Assembly: GCA_012516125.1 (NCBI GenBank)
Contig: JAAYXB010000075.1
Span: 5,829 to 69,828 of the forward strand
Reading direction: 5' to 3'
DNA length: 64,000 nt
DNA from: Bacillota bacterium
GTDB taxonomy: Bacteria; Bacillota; SHA-98; UBA4971
Below are positions 18,815 to 28,906 of this stretch, piece by piece; positions within the stretch are counted from its first letter, which is position 1; each line of letters starts with the position of its first letter. The notes under the pieces are model-generated. The model was not told the origin of the DNA and searched no databases. It was given only the letters and a program-made list of their open reading frames with translations. A program made the translations under genes and the position numbers.

Positions 18815-21109
18815 TTATGAGTCGCGGGCTTTCGCCCGGATCGCGTCCCACCTTTCAAGGGTCATGAGGACCTTTCGCGGCTTGCTGCCCTCATACGGGC
18901 CCACAAGGCCTCGTGACTCCATGGCGTCGATAAGTCTCGCCGCACGCGTGTACCCTATCCTGAACCTCCGCTGGAGCTTCGAGATGGATGCTTCTTCCGT
19001 CTCCAGTATGAGCCTGACCGCATCCTCGAAGAGTGGGTCCTCCTCGCCAAGGCTCTCACCGTCGGTAGCTTCCCTCGTCACGCTTTCGGCGACATACGTC
19101 GGCTCCGCCTGCGCCTTCACGAAGCCCACGATCGCCTCGATCTCGGAGTCCGAGACGTATGCACCCTGCACTCTGATAGGCTTGGGCGCTCCGACGGGGA
19201 AGAACAGCATGTCTCCCTTGCCGAGAAGCCGCTCCGCGCCCCCCGTATCCAGGATGACCCTGGAATCCACCTGGGACGGCACGGCGAAGGCGATCCGGGA
19301 CGGTATATTCATCTTTATGATCCCCGTGACAACATCAGCCGAAGGCCTCTGGGTGGCCAGGACCAGGTGAATCCCGGCCGCCCGGGCCATGAAAGCAAGC
19401 TGCGAGACGACATCTTCCACGTCTTTCTGAGCCACCATCATGAGGTCGCCCAGCTCGTCTATGATGACGACTATGTAAGGAAGAGGCTTAGCGTCGAGAT
19501 CATGCAGCTTGCCAGCCCTGCAAAGAGCGTTGTACCTCTCTATGTTCCTCACGCCGTTTGCGCCGAGCAACCTGTAACGGTTGTCCATCTCCTGGGCGAC
19601 CCACCTCAAATATCCGCCGGCTTCTCTCGTATCAGTGACCACGGGCGCCAGGAGGTGGGGTATCCCGTCGTAGGTGGTGAGCTCCACGCGCTTCGGGTCT
19701 ATCATGAGGAGCTTGACTTCCTCGGGCGTGGCCTTGAAAAGGATGCTTGCGATAAGGGCGTTGAGGCACACACTTTTGCCTGAACCGGTGGCTCCCGCAA
19801 CGAGCAGGTGAAGCATGTTCTCCAGGTCACCGACCACGGGCTTACCCGCGATGTCCTTGCCCAGGGCTATGGCAAGCTTGCTCTTGTGCCTCTGAAACTC
19901 GCTCGATTGCAGCACTTCTCTCAGGTAGACGAAGGAGATCTCCGGGTTCGGGACCTCGATTCCGATGGCGGACTTGCCCGGTATCGGCGCCTCAAGCCGG
20001 ACGCCAGAAGAGGCCAGTGCCAGTGCGATGTCGTCGGTGAGGCTCATGATCTTGCTCACCTTGATGCCAGGAGCGGGCGTAAGCTCGTACCTGGTTACCA
20101 CCGGACCCCGATCGACCTGCGTGACCTTGCCCTTCACGCCGAAGCTGGCGAGGGTCTCCTCGAGCAACTTCGAGTGATCCGGCGTCTCCCCTTGCTTCCA
20201 CCTGGCCGGTCGCGCAGGGTACCCGAGGAGGGTTATCGGCGGTAACACGTAGCCTCCGTCGCAGGGGGGTTCTGGCTTCTTACCAGGGACCACCGCGGCG
20301 CCCCCGGCGGGGCCGCAAGTTGCGGAAGCCGCCTCTTCCTTCGCGCCGACGCGCGGCCTCTTTGGGCGGGCCGGCTTCGCCTCGCCCGGGGCCGGCGCTC
20401 CCTGTGCCTCGGCAGCGGACACGGATGGCAGGCGGCGCTCACCCTCCTCCATGCCGTGCAACTCCGGCTCCTCGAAGAGGGGCAGAAGGATCCGCCGGGC
20501 GACGAACGAAGTCGCACGCAAGAGCACGCGCACAAGCGCTATAAGGCCTCCTGCGCCGAGTTTCGACCCGCGCACCGCGATCCTGGCGAGACCTGCGACG
20601 AGCCTCGGCACGGGCACGTCCGCAGCCAGGCTGACGCCGGCAAGCAGTATGACGCTGCACGAGACCACAGCACCGATCTTCCCGACGGACCACGAAAGCC
20701 ATCTCGCGATCTGCGAGCCTACCATCCCTGCACCAGCGAGGCCCAGGAGCGCGGCGGCGATGCACAAGAGCCCGCTCGTGCGGGTCGCAATCGCAGCCCC
20801 CTCCCGCTCGACCGCGATGTTGACCCCGACTGCCACGAGGAGCAGCGGCATGACCACAGCCCAGTCACCTGCGATCGCCCGAAGTGCGAGGGCCACTTTC
20901 TCGCCCGCAGCCCCCGCGTCGTATCGGGCGCCCGGAAGGTCGGAAAAAAGGCATACCAGGCCAAACACACCCGCACCGACGAAGAACGTGCCCAGCACAG
21001 CCAGGAGGTGAACCCGATACCTCCGTGCAGGATGCTTCGAGGGGAGCCCCTTCCTGCCTTTGCTTTCTTTTACGCTTTCTTTGAATAGGCGTCTGGAAAC
21101 TCCAGGCAT
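18815..21109 (-). CDS. ftsK: DNA translocase FtsK/SpoIIIE
   Basis: HLLVAGATGSGKS, IIDE, ATQRPS, GAERLLGKGDML, gamma domain LQRRFRIGYTRAARL. Confidence 0.97.
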   Translation of the reverse strand: MPGVSRRLFKESVKESKGRKGLPSKHPARRYRVHLLAVLGTFFVGAGVFGLVCLFSDLPGARYDAGAAGEKVALALRAIAGDWAVVMPLLLVAVGVNIAVEREGAAIATRTSGLLCIAAALLGLAGAGMVGSQIARWLSWSVGKIGAVVSCSVILLAGVSLAADVPVPRLVAGLARIAVRGSKLGAGGLIALVRVLLRATSFVARRILLPLFEEPELHGMEEGERRLPSVSAAEAQGAPAPGEAKPARPKRPRVGAKEEAASATCGPAGGAAVVPGKKPEPPCDGGYVLPPITLLGYPARPARWKQGETPDHSKLLEETLASFGVKGKVTQVDRGPVVTRYELTPAPGIKVSKIMSLTDDIALALASSGVRLEAPIPGKSAIGIEVPNPEISFVYLREVLQSSEFQRHKSKLAIALGKDIAGKPVVGDLENMLHLLVAGATGSGKSVCLNALIASILFKATPEEVKLLMIDPKRVELTTYDGIPHLLAPVVTDTREAGGYLRWVAQEMDNRYRLLGANGVRNIERYNALCRAGKLHDLDAKPLPYIVVIIDELGDLMMVAQKDVEDVVSQLAFMARAAGIHLVLATQRPSADVVTGIIKMNIPSRIAFAVPSQVDSRVILDTGGAERLLGKGDMLFFPVGAPKPIRVQGAYVSDSEIEAIVGFVKAQAEPTYVAESVTREATDGESLGEEDPLFEDAVRLILETEEASISKLQRRFRIGYTRAARLIDAMESRGLVGPYEGSKPRKVLMTLERWDAIRAKARDS

Positions 21110-21205
21110 AGCAGGACCTCCGTGCCGCCTTGGAGACTTCTACGCGGCCGCGCGAATTCCTCCACGGGGTTCGGCCGGCGCGCCCGGCGCCCTGCGGCAA
21201 CGATC

Positions 21206-22837
21206 CTACTCGTGGGGGGGAACAGCGTTTTGGACGACGGCATCGGCGAGGTTGACCGCGTGGTCCGCCATGCGCTCGAGGTTGTCCACAACCTCGACGT
21301 AGATAACCCCGGACGCCGGGGAGCACCTCCCCTGGTTGAGCCGCCTGAGGTGGCTCGTTCGAAGGACGTCCTCGAGTTCGTCGATGTACTTCTCCTTCTC
21401 CCACACGTCCTGTGCGAGCGCAGGGTCGTTTTTCTCGAGGGCCTGGACGGCGTCGGAGATGACCTCGTCCACCCGCCTGAAAAGGTCACCGAGCTCGGAT
21501 TTGGCCTCGTCGGAGAACTCGAGACCCTGCTCAACCTTGTCGATGGCAAACTCGGAGATGTTCACGGCATGGTCGCCGATGCGCTCGATGTCGTTCACCA
21601 CGTGCAGCATGCCGGCGAGCCTGGTTGACTGGGGCTGGGTGAGCACACCCTGGGCCATGAGGGTCGAGAGGTACAGGATTATCTCGGCCTGGAGGTTGTC
21701 CACTACCTCCTCGCGAGCGTTTATGCTCTTGGAGACCGCGCTCGGCTTGCCTGCAAGGAGCGCCTGCCCGGCATCTTTCACCATCTCGCGCGCGATGCCG
21801 GCCATCCTGACAAGCTCTTTCACCGCAAGCTGCAAGGCGACGGACGGGGTGGACAGCATGCGCTTGTCCAGGTACTTCGGGCCCTGCTCCATGACGATCT
21901 CCTGTCCGGGGTACACCGCCGTCGCGATGCGGGCGAGGAGACCGGCCATGGGCAACCATACGAGGGTATTGAGAACGTTGAACGACGTGTGGGCGTTCGC
22001 TATGAGACGCTCGATGTCGCCCGTCGGCGTGACCACATGGACGAATGTCTTGAAGAATGGAAGCAGCGTAAGAAACAGGATGGTCCCGAACACATTGAAG
22101 AGCACGTGAACGATGGCCGTCCTGCGCGCAGAGAGGCTTGCACCGATGCTTGCGAGCACAGCCGTGATGCATGTCCCGATGTTGTCGCCAAAGAGCACGG
22201 GTATCGCCGCGTCGAACCCGACAAGCCCCTGAGACGCAGCAGCCATAAGAAGGCCGATGGTCGCGCTCGAGCTCTGGATGATCATGGTCATGGCCAGCCC
22301 GGCAAGCACTCCAAGGAGCGGATATTTCCCGAAGTTCGCTATCCATTGCACGAAAGCGGGGTTGTCGCGCAGCGGCCGCATGGTGTCGGTCATGACCGTC
22401 ATACCCAGGAACAGCAGGCCGAACCCGAGGATGACCTGGCCCAGGTACTTGTGGATCTTCTTCCGCGAGAAAAAAGTGATGATGAAGCCCAGGCCAACTG
22501 CGGGAAGAGCCAGGTCCGCAAGGTCGAACGCGATGAGCTGCGCCGTCATGGTGGTGCCGATGTTTGCCCCCATGATCACTCCAACTGCCTGCTTCAGCGT
22601 CATGAGGCCCGCGTTCACGAAGCTGACGAGCATGACCGTGGTCGCGCTGGAACTCTGGATGACGGCTGTGACGATAGTCCCCACGATCACCCCCAGCCAC
22701 GTTCTCGCAGTGAGGGCCTCGAGTATTTTCCGCATCCTGTCGCCGGCCGCCTTCTGCAGGCCGTCGCCCATCTGTAACATCCCATAGATAAAGAGCCCAA
22801 GACCGCCAAGAAGTCCGGATATGAGGGAAATCGTCAC
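21206..22837 (-). CDS. Na+/phosphate cotransporter family protein with PhoU domains
   Basis: Two QSSSAT repeats, GANIGTT, C-terminal DIERIGDHAVNI and NLERMADHAVN. Confidence 0.95.
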   Translation of the reverse strand: MTISLISGLLGGLGLFIYGMLQMGDGLQKAAGDRMRKILEALTARTWLGVIVGTIVTAVIQSSSATTVMLVSFVNAGLMTLKQAVGVIMGANIGTTMTAQLIAFDLADLALPAVGLGFIITFFSRKKIHKYLGQVILGFGLLFLGMTVMTDTMRPLRDNPAFVQWIANFGKYPLLGVLAGLAMTMIIQSSSATIGLLMAAASQGLVGFDAAIPVLFGDNIGTCITAVLASIGASLSARRTAIVHVLFNVFGTILFLTLLPFFKTFVHVVTPTGDIERLIANAHTSFNVLNTLVWLPMAGLLARIATAVYPGQEIVMEQGPKYLDKRMLSTPSVALQLAVKELVRMAGIAREMVKDAGQALLAGKPSAVSKSINAREEVVDNLQAEIILYLSTLMAQGVLTQPQSTRLAGMLHVVNDIERIGDHAVNISEFAIDKVEQGLEFSDEAKSELGDLFRRVDEVISDAVQALEKNDPALAQDVWEKEKYIDELEDVLRTSHLRRLNQGRCSPASGVIYVEVVDNLERMADHAVNLADAVVQNAVPPHE

Positions 22838-22970
22838 CGCTCCACCCCCAGATGGCTTTTCCCCGATCTCTACGCTGTGTCTCGTCCCTGCGCCGGCGAC
22901 CGCGCCCGGGCTGCTCCCTCTCTCAACCGTGTCCTGACCATGGTCGCCGGTCCCCCGAAGCAGACCTGCT

Positions 22971-23810
22971 TCAGGCCCTCAGGAGCGCCCAGGCTATAAC
23001 CGCTGCGCCGACGATCCACGTGTAGATCGCGAACACCATGAACCTGCGCCGTCTCAAGGCTGAGAACACGAGGTGGATCGCCACGTACCCCGAGACGATG
23101 CTGGCGACTGCACCCCCGAGAAAGGGCGCCGCGAAGCCCTTCGCAAGGCCTGTTCTCACAAGGTCCGGAAGCTCAAGCGCGCTTGCCCCGAGGATCACAG
23201 GTATGGATAGCAGAAAAGAGAACCTCGCCGCGTCGTCACGCCGGAGGCCGAACAGGAGACCCGTGCCGATCGTCGCGCCGGAGCGGGAAAACCCCGGGAC
23301 CACCGCCAGCCCCTGTGCCACGCCGATGCAGAACGCACCAAAAGGTCCCAGGCAGCCCAGGGGGATACGCCCTGTGCTCACCCTGTCGGCAAGCCACAAC
23401 ACAAGGCCGGTCGCGACGAGGAAGATCCCCACAGCGAGCCTCGACGTGAACAGCCGCTGCACGACCGGTTCGAGCGCAAGCCCCATGAGCGCAGTCGGGA
23501 CGCTCGCGACGATAATGAGGAAAACCGCCTTTCGCCAGTCGTCGCGTGAGATGGCCTTGCCGAGGCCTGTCCCCCTGGCAACATCCGCTGCAATGCCCAC
23601 CGCCGCCGAGACAAGACGCGCCACATCGTGCCTGAAAACCAGGACAACCGCAACGAGGGTTCCAAGGTGCACCAGGACGTCGAACGATAGCAGCGCTTCC
23701 TGGGTCTTGAGGATCTCTCGCGCGATGACGAGGTGGCCCGAGCTTGACACGGGCAGGAATTCGGTGAGCCCCTGCACCATCCCCAGGACCACGGCTTTTA
23801 CGACGTCCAT
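22971..23810 (-). CDS. uppP: Undecaprenyl-diphosphate phosphatase (BacA)
   Basis: QGLTEFLPVSSSGHL, PGFSRSG, ARFSFLLSIP. Confidence 0.95.
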   Translation of the reverse strand: MDVVKAVVLGMVQGLTEFLPVSSSGHLVIAREILKTQEALLSFDVLVHLGTLVAVVLVFRHDVARLVSAAVGIAADVARGTGLGKAISRDDWRKAVFLIIVASVPTALMGLALEPVVQRLFTSRLAVGIFLVATGLVLWLADRVSTGRIPLGCLGPFGAFCIGVAQGLAVVPGFSRSGATIGTGLLFGLRRDDAARFSFLLSIPVILGASALELPDLVRTGLAKGFAAPFLGGAVASIVSGYVAIHLVFSALRRRRFMVFAIYTWIVGAAVIAWALLRA

Positions 23811-24742
23811 GTGCGCCCCCCTCTCACGATGTCCACGAACCTGCGGGACCACGGCAGCACAACAACGATGGACAGCAGGTTGAAGAGCGTGTGAGCGTTG
23901 GCTATGCCGTGCCCCGGGTCTTGCGGTGAAATAGCCTCCACGAGCCGAACGAACGCATTGAACACCGGGAGAACACAGGCCACCCCTGCAACGTTGAAGG
24001 CAAGGTGCAAAACGGCCGCTTTCCTCGCAGCGCGCGACGCCCCGACACTCGCGATGAGCGTTGTCACACACGTGCCGATGTTGCTGCCGAGAGCGACGGC
24101 CACCGCAGACCCGAGGTCCATGATCCCCTGTCGCGCAAGGCTGATGAGCACGACCGTGGCCACGCTGGAACTCTGGATGACTCCGGTGAAGGCCGCGCCC
24201 GCCATAACCCCCAGCGTCGGCACCTGCCCCAGCACCACCAGGGACTCAACCAGCCACGGCGCGCCTGCAAGCCAGGCCATGGCAGAGGAGGTCACGCCCA
24301 CGCCCCACAGGATGCATCCGAGGCCGGCCATCGCCACCCCTATGTCGCGATGAAGGCGCCGCCTCGCCGCCAGGTACAGCGCGAGCCCGGCACAGACGAC
24401 CGGGGCGCCCAGCGACTCCGCTCGAAATGAGACTATCTGCGCCGTCACGCAGGTCCCGAGGTTTGCCCCCATTATCACGCCGAAAGCCTGATAGAGGTCG
24501 AGAACCCCGGCGTCGACGAGCCCAACCACCATTACCGTGACCGCGCCCGAGCTCTGCAGGACCGCGGTCACCACCGTGCCCGTCACGGTCGCAGCCAGGG
24601 GTGTGCGGGTGAGCCCTCTCAGAGCATTCTCCGCGCGCCTGCCTGCAGCGCTGCGGAGCCCCGCGCGCAGCAACCGAATGCCCGTAAGAAAAAGGCCTAT
24701 CCCCGCAAGCAGCCGACAGAGCGAGGCGACCACGGCGCACAT
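23798..24742 (-). CDS. Short Na+/Pi symporter-like protein (YqeW-like, membrane domain only)
   Basis: QSSG/QSSS repeats, GANLGT, GSNIGT, ANAHTLFN; no PhoU domain. Confidence 0.85.
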   Translation of the reverse strand: MCAVVASLCRLLAGIGLFLTGIRLLRAGLRSAAGRRAENALRGLTRTPLAATVTGTVVTAVLQSSGAVTVMVVGLVDAGVLDLYQAFGVIMGANLGTCVTAQIVSFRAESLGAPVVCAGLALYLAARRRLHRDIGVAMAGLGCILWGVGVTSSAMAWLAGAPWLVESLVVLGQVPTLGVMAGAAFTGVIQSSSVATVVLISLARQGIMDLGSAVAVALGSNIGTCVTTLIASVGASRAARKAAVLHLAFNVAGVACVLPVFNAFVRLVEAISPQDPGHGIANAHTLFNLLSIVVVLPWSRRFVDIVRGGRTWTS

Positions 24743-24785
24743 CTCCTCCACGCGCGAAGATCCGCCGCCACAGCGCATCGGTCTC

Positions 24786-24812
24786 AATATATGCCCTGTC
24801 AGCCCCAGTTAT
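24786..24812 (-). promoter_or_regulatory. Candidate sigE-type promoter
   Basis: ATA-N16-CATATATT on the minus strand upstream of the YqeW-like gene. Confidence 0.45.
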
Positions 24813-24965
24813 TATAGCACAGGGCGAATGCGGACGAAAAGCCCCGGCAAGACTCAGGGAGTTGCACTGAGTGCGCCGCCCCGGAGGCGAGTTGCCTGGA
24901 GCCGAATTGCGTGATGCTACGGAAGAGCAGCGGAGATCCCTGACTTGCTGGTTACACGTAGTGCT

Positions 24966-25020
24966 TGAGGGGGCAAGAATGCTCCCGACTTCTGAGAGGG
25001 GTTGCCGGTGACTCAAAGAG
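24966..25020 (+). repeat. Dispersed repeat, copy D (5' half only)
   Basis: AATGCTCCCGACTTCTGAGAGGGGTTGCCGGTGACTCAAAGAG matches the first half of copy C. Confidence 0.75.
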
Positions 25021-25038
25021 GTTTAGGCGCGGCCGCGA

Positions 25039-25266
25039 TCAACGAGCAACAAGAGACGGGGTGAGCCGAACGCGGCTGCCGGGCTGCAGGGAAGGATCGA
25101 GAAAGTGCTGAGGGTCAGTGCTGATGATCCGTACGATCACGGCCTCGTTCGCGGACACCTGCTCGACGACCACGTTGATACCATTGATTTCCACATTAGT
25201 GAATGTCCTTTCTCTATCGATGCCCTCCAGGACCAGCTCGAGCGGAAGAACGGTGTACAGGATCAT
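25039..25266 (-). CDS. ylzJ: YlzJ-like protein
   Basis: [12 protein letters not shown]...[20 protein letters not shown]; follows tepA. Confidence 0.9.
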   Translation of the reverse strand: MILYTVLPLELVLEGIDRERTFTNVEINGINVVVEQVSANEAVIVRIISTDPQHFLDPSLQPGSRVRLTPSLVAR

Positions 25267-26096
25267 TGCAGCCGCCCAGCCTCCCTGTCGGCGACCTCGG
25301 CGCGGCCGGCTCGCCTCTCCTCAATCATCCTGTTGAGCGCGGCAAGCGCGTCCGAGAGGCCCCCGACCGCGTCCATGAGGCCGAGGTTGACGGCATCGCT
25401 CCCCACGAGGACTGTGCCGACGTCTCGCACAAGCTCTCCTGTGCGGAACATGAGCTCCCGGAACTTCTCCGGGCTGATTCTGGTGTGCTCGGCCACGAAT
25501 TTGATGACCCGGTCCTGCATTTTCTCCAGGTACTCGTAGGTTTGGGGAACGCCTATGACAAGCCCGGAGAGCCGCAGCGGGTGCACCGTCACTGTGGCCG
25601 TCGAGGCGATGAGGCGGTACTTGCAGCTCACGGCGACCGGCAGGGCAATCGAGTGACCCCCGCCGAGCACGAGGGACACCGAGGGCTTCGACATGCTCTC
25701 GATCATCTCAGCGATGGCAAGCCCTGCCTCCACGTCGCCGCCCACGGTGTTCAGAACGACGAGGAGGCCCTCGATAGCGGGATTCTGCTCGACGGCCACA
25801 AGCTGCGGGATAACGTGCTCGTACTTGGTACTCTTGTTCTGGGGAGGCAGAACGATGTGCCCCTCGATCTGGCCGATTATCGTCATCACGTGTATGTTGC
25901 TCTGCGGCGCCGGAGGAGTGCGCATCTCACCGAGTTGTTTCAGCGATGCTGGAGCCGACTCAGGAGTGTCCGGCACCTCGCCCGGCGTCCCGGGGGACGG
26001 CGTCTTCTCTGGAACCGGGCTGATCTCGCCGCCGAGCTTTGCCGGCGCAGGGCTGGAAATTGAAAGCGTGCAGCCGGTGCCGCACCGGTCGCTCAT
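25263..26096 (-). CDS. tepA: ClpP-family protease TepA
   Basis: IIGQIEGH...[32 protein letters not shown]. Confidence 0.93.
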   Translation of the reverse strand: MSDRCGTGCTLSISSPAPAKLGGEISPVPEKTPSPGTPGEVPDTPESAPASLKQLGEMRTPPAPQSNIHVMTIIGQIEGHIVLPPQNKSTKYEHVIPQLVAVEQNPAIEGLLVVLNTVGGDVEAGLAIAEMIESMSKPSVSLVLGGGHSIALPVAVSCKYRLIASTATVTVHPLRLSGLVIGVPQTYEYLEKMQDRVIKFVAEHTRISPEKFRELMFRTGELVRDVGTVLVGSDAVNLGLMDAVGGLSDALAALNRMIEERRAGRAEVADREAGRLQ

Positions 26097-26157
26097 CTCA
26101 TTCAACCTCCTGGTGGTAGTCGCCTGGAGCAGGATCGGCTCGAGCTGCGCCGGTAAG

Positions 26158-26187
26158 TATTATGCGGCTACCACCCGCAAATCATGC
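26158..26187 (-). promoter_or_regulatory. sigG-type promoter of tepA-ylzJ
   Basis: GCATG-N18-CATAATA on the minus strand. Confidence 0.65.
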
Positions 26188-26391
26188 GCCCGAGGGCGGC
26201 CACATCCGGTTCGAGAAGGCGAAGGCTAGAAGCCGCAAGCGGCGTGGAAGCCAGGGGGCTCTGGCGCCGCCGCGAGAGTCGCAAGACACGGAAGGCCGCG
26301 CTCAAGCCCGCAGGGACCTTCTCGCGGCCTTACATGCCGACCGAGCGGTTGACCCGCCGCCGCGGTGCGACCAGCGGTACGAGCCGGATGC

Positions 26392-28092
26392 CTAGATCTC
26401 GAGCGCGCTCCAGAGCCTGTCCGCAATGGTCCCGAGGAGCTTCATCAGGGCCGCAAGGAGAATCGCAAGAACTCCCGCGATCCCTGCGACGATTCCCCAC
26501 GCAGGAAACCCGAGCTTGATGAAGAATCTTACGGCTAGGCCTAAGAGAGCTACGACGGCCACACCTACCAGCATCCCTGCCACCACGTTGAGGTTGGACT
26601 TCACAGCCTTCTGCTGGTCCGTCCAGTTCAGCATGGGGCGCCACATGTCGAACAGCACTCCGCACACGCACAGGACAAACGACGACATGATCCCGAGGAC
26701 GATCCCCGCCACCACACTCAGGACGGGTAACCTGACCAGGTACTCGAGCACGGCAACCCCGGGAATCGCTCCCAGGGCAATCATGGTCTCCGCCCCCACC
26801 GCCTTACCGAGAGCGACGGTCTTCCCGGTTGCCGGGAAGCTCCTCGGGATCCAGATGTTTCTCCTGCCCTCGCGGGAGAAGGCCGTGAAGGGAATGGACG
26901 ACATCGCCGTCAGGACAAAGAAGTACCCAGCAATGACGAGAGTTCCGACTGCCGCAAGACCGGGCATCGCGAGCAAGGCATCCCACAGGCGTGCGATTTC
27001 CGGAGTGCTCTTCACGAAGAACATCGCCACAAACATCACCGGGAATATCACAAACCCCGTGAACCCGTTCAGCACGAACACAGGGGTCCGCGTGAAGAGC
27101 TTCATCTCCGCAACGGCCAGCGAAGCCACGGGCGAGCGCGACACGTACCTTGCCGCCTGCGCCTTTCCCGCGCGGCGCGCGCCTCTCGTCGCTCCCGCCT
27201 CGAATCCGCTGAGCACGCCCTGGTAAAAGACCCTATCGCCGATGGCGAGGAGAGCCACGAACCCGAGCGCGCCCGCCGCGAGGAAGATCCCCAGATTCAA
27301 GAGGCCTTGCCAGGTGCCGGACAGCGCGAGCGCTTTCGTCGCCCAGATGCTCGGCGGGAACTGCGCTCCAACGATGTCCACGAAGCTGTTGGCGGTCGCA
27401 AGCATCTTCGCCAGGAACTCAGCCTCTTCAGCAACGCCGGGAGCTTTCGTCTGCACGAGGAACTGAAACACCACGACCACGGCTATGAAAAGGAAGCCTC
27501 CTATCATGGCCAGGGTGTCCTTCCGTCTCGACAGCCCCACGACCCTCATGAGAAGAATCGCGGGAATAGCGGCGAGCACCAGCGGCACCACTGGCAGCGC
27601 CAGGAAGACCAGGACGCTCGAGACAACATACGGGACAACGCTTACGCCGGCGCGGACTCCGTAGGCCACGAGCACGGGGACGACGAACACCGCGAGGCCC
27701 ACGTACTCGTTGGCGAGGATCACGGCGAACTTGCTCACGAGCACCTCGGCCGGCCGGAGCGGAAACGGGATCAGGATGCCGAGGTCGTTCGAGAAGTAGA
27801 ACACCGCTATGACCAGCACGAACCCGAGAATGAGCACGAGGACTTGTGAGAGGAGAATGCCAAGGGTCAGCGTCACAGCCCCCTGCCCTACGGCGGCAGC
27901 CGCAGAGTAATGGTACGACGCCGCCGTGTAAATGCCGATGGCAAGCATGGCTGCGGCACCGCCGATGCCCAGCACTATTAGGACAGGCTCCCACAGGCGC
28001 TGGCGCTTCTTGAGGTAGTAGTGGCGCGAGTGCGATATGGCAAAGTTCATATTGAGCTGGGCGAGGATGAGCGAAAGCGCTCGCCTTGCCAT
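26392..28092 (-). CDS. ABC-2 type exporter permease
   Basis: Many TMs; SNDLGILIPFPLRP...SKF, FSREG; directly downstream of the ABC ATPase. Confidence 0.88.
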   Translation of the reverse strand: MARRALSLILAQLNMNFAISHSRHYYLKKRQRLWEPVLIVLGIGGAAAMLAIGIYTAASYHYSAAAAVGQGAVTLTLGILLSQVLVLILGFVLVIAVFYFSNDLGILIPFPLRPAEVLVSKFAVILANEYVGLAVFVVPVLVAYGVRAGVSVVPYVVSSVLVFLALPVVPLVLAAIPAILLMRVVGLSRRKDTLAMIGGFLFIAVVVVFQFLVQTKAPGVAEEAEFLAKMLATANSFVDIVGAQFPPSIWATKALALSGTWQGLLNLGIFLAAGALGFVALLAIGDRVFYQGVLSGFEAGATRGARRAGKAQAARYVSRSPVASLAVAEMKLFTRTPVFVLNGFTGFVIFPVMFVAMFFVKSTPEIARLWDALLAMPGLAAVGTLVIAGYFFVLTAMSSIPFTAFSREGRRNIWIPRSFPATGKTVALGKAVGAETMIALGAIPGVAVLEYLVRLPVLSVVAGIVLGIMSSFVLCVCGVLFDMWRPMLNWTDQQKAVKSNLNVVAGMLVGVAVVALLGLAVRFFIKLGFPAWGIVAGIAGVLAILLAALMKLLGTIADRLWSALEI

Positions 28093-28093
28093 G

Positions 28094-28849
28094 TCAGGTC
28101 GCCTCCCCCGCCTCAGTAAGCTCGAGGAATATGTCCTCGAGCGTTTCGTCTGCTTGCTTGCGGCGCTCGCGAAGCTCCTCGACGGTGCCGCACGCAATGA
28201 GACGCCCCCTGTTGATGATGCCCACCCGGTCGCAGAGCCTCTCCGCCACTTCAAGGATGTGCGTGGAGAAAAACACTGTGTGTCCTTTGTCGCAGTGGCT
28301 CCTCATCATGTCCTTGAAAAGGCGCGACGCCCTGGGGTCCAGGCCCACCATAGGCTCGTCCAGGATGAACACGCGGGGATTGTGGAGAAGCGCTCCGGTG
28401 AGGGCCAGCTTCTGCTTCATCCCGTGCGAGTAGCTTTGGATGATGTCGCCCACGGCCGACTCGAGCTCGAACATCTCCAGGAGCTCGGCGAGGCGTCGCC
28501 TCCTCTCGTCCCGCGAGACGCCGAAGATGTCGGCCACGAGGTTGAGGTACTCGATCCCCGTAAGCCTGTCGTAGAGGTCGGGGTTATCCGGGACATACCC
28601 GATGTCGGCCTTGGCGGCCACGGGGTCACGCGCCACGTCATGGCCGTTCACCAGGATGGTGCCTCTGTCGGCCTTGAGAAGCCCCACCACCATCTTGATG
28701 GTGGTAGTCTTTCCCGCCCCGTTCGGGCCGAGAAAGCCGAATATCTCCCCGGCCCGAACTTCTAGGGAGAGATTGTCCACCGCAGGCCTCGCTCCGCCGC
28801 GGTAAGTCTTGGACACTCCCTCCAACCTCAGCAAAGCCACCTCGCTCAT
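28094..28849 (-). CDS. ABC transporter ATP-binding protein
   Basis: GPNGAGKTT, YSHGMKQK, ILDEP, STH. Confidence 0.96.
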   Translation of the reverse strand: MSEVALLRLEGVSKTYRGGARPAVDNLSLEVRAGEIFGFLGPNGAGKTTTIKMVVGLLKADRGTILVNGHDVARDPVAAKADIGYVPDNPDLYDRLTGIEYLNLVADIFGVSRDERRRRLAELLEMFELESAVGDIIQSYSHGMKQKLALTGALLHNPRVFILDEPMVGLDPRASRLFKDMMRSHCDKGHTVFFSTHILEVAERLCDRVGIINRGRLIACGTVEELRERRKQADETLEDIFLELTEAGEAT

Positions 28850-28906
28850 GCCGCGCTGACACCTCTTTACTTCACACACCGATCGGCCGTTGCCAGCGGG
28901 CCGCGC

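Noticed and set aside
23798-24742. Truncated pseudogene copy of the Na/Pi cotransporter
   Set aside because: Intact frame with its own RBS and a candidate promoter; a short membrane-only form (YqeW-like) is a known architecture
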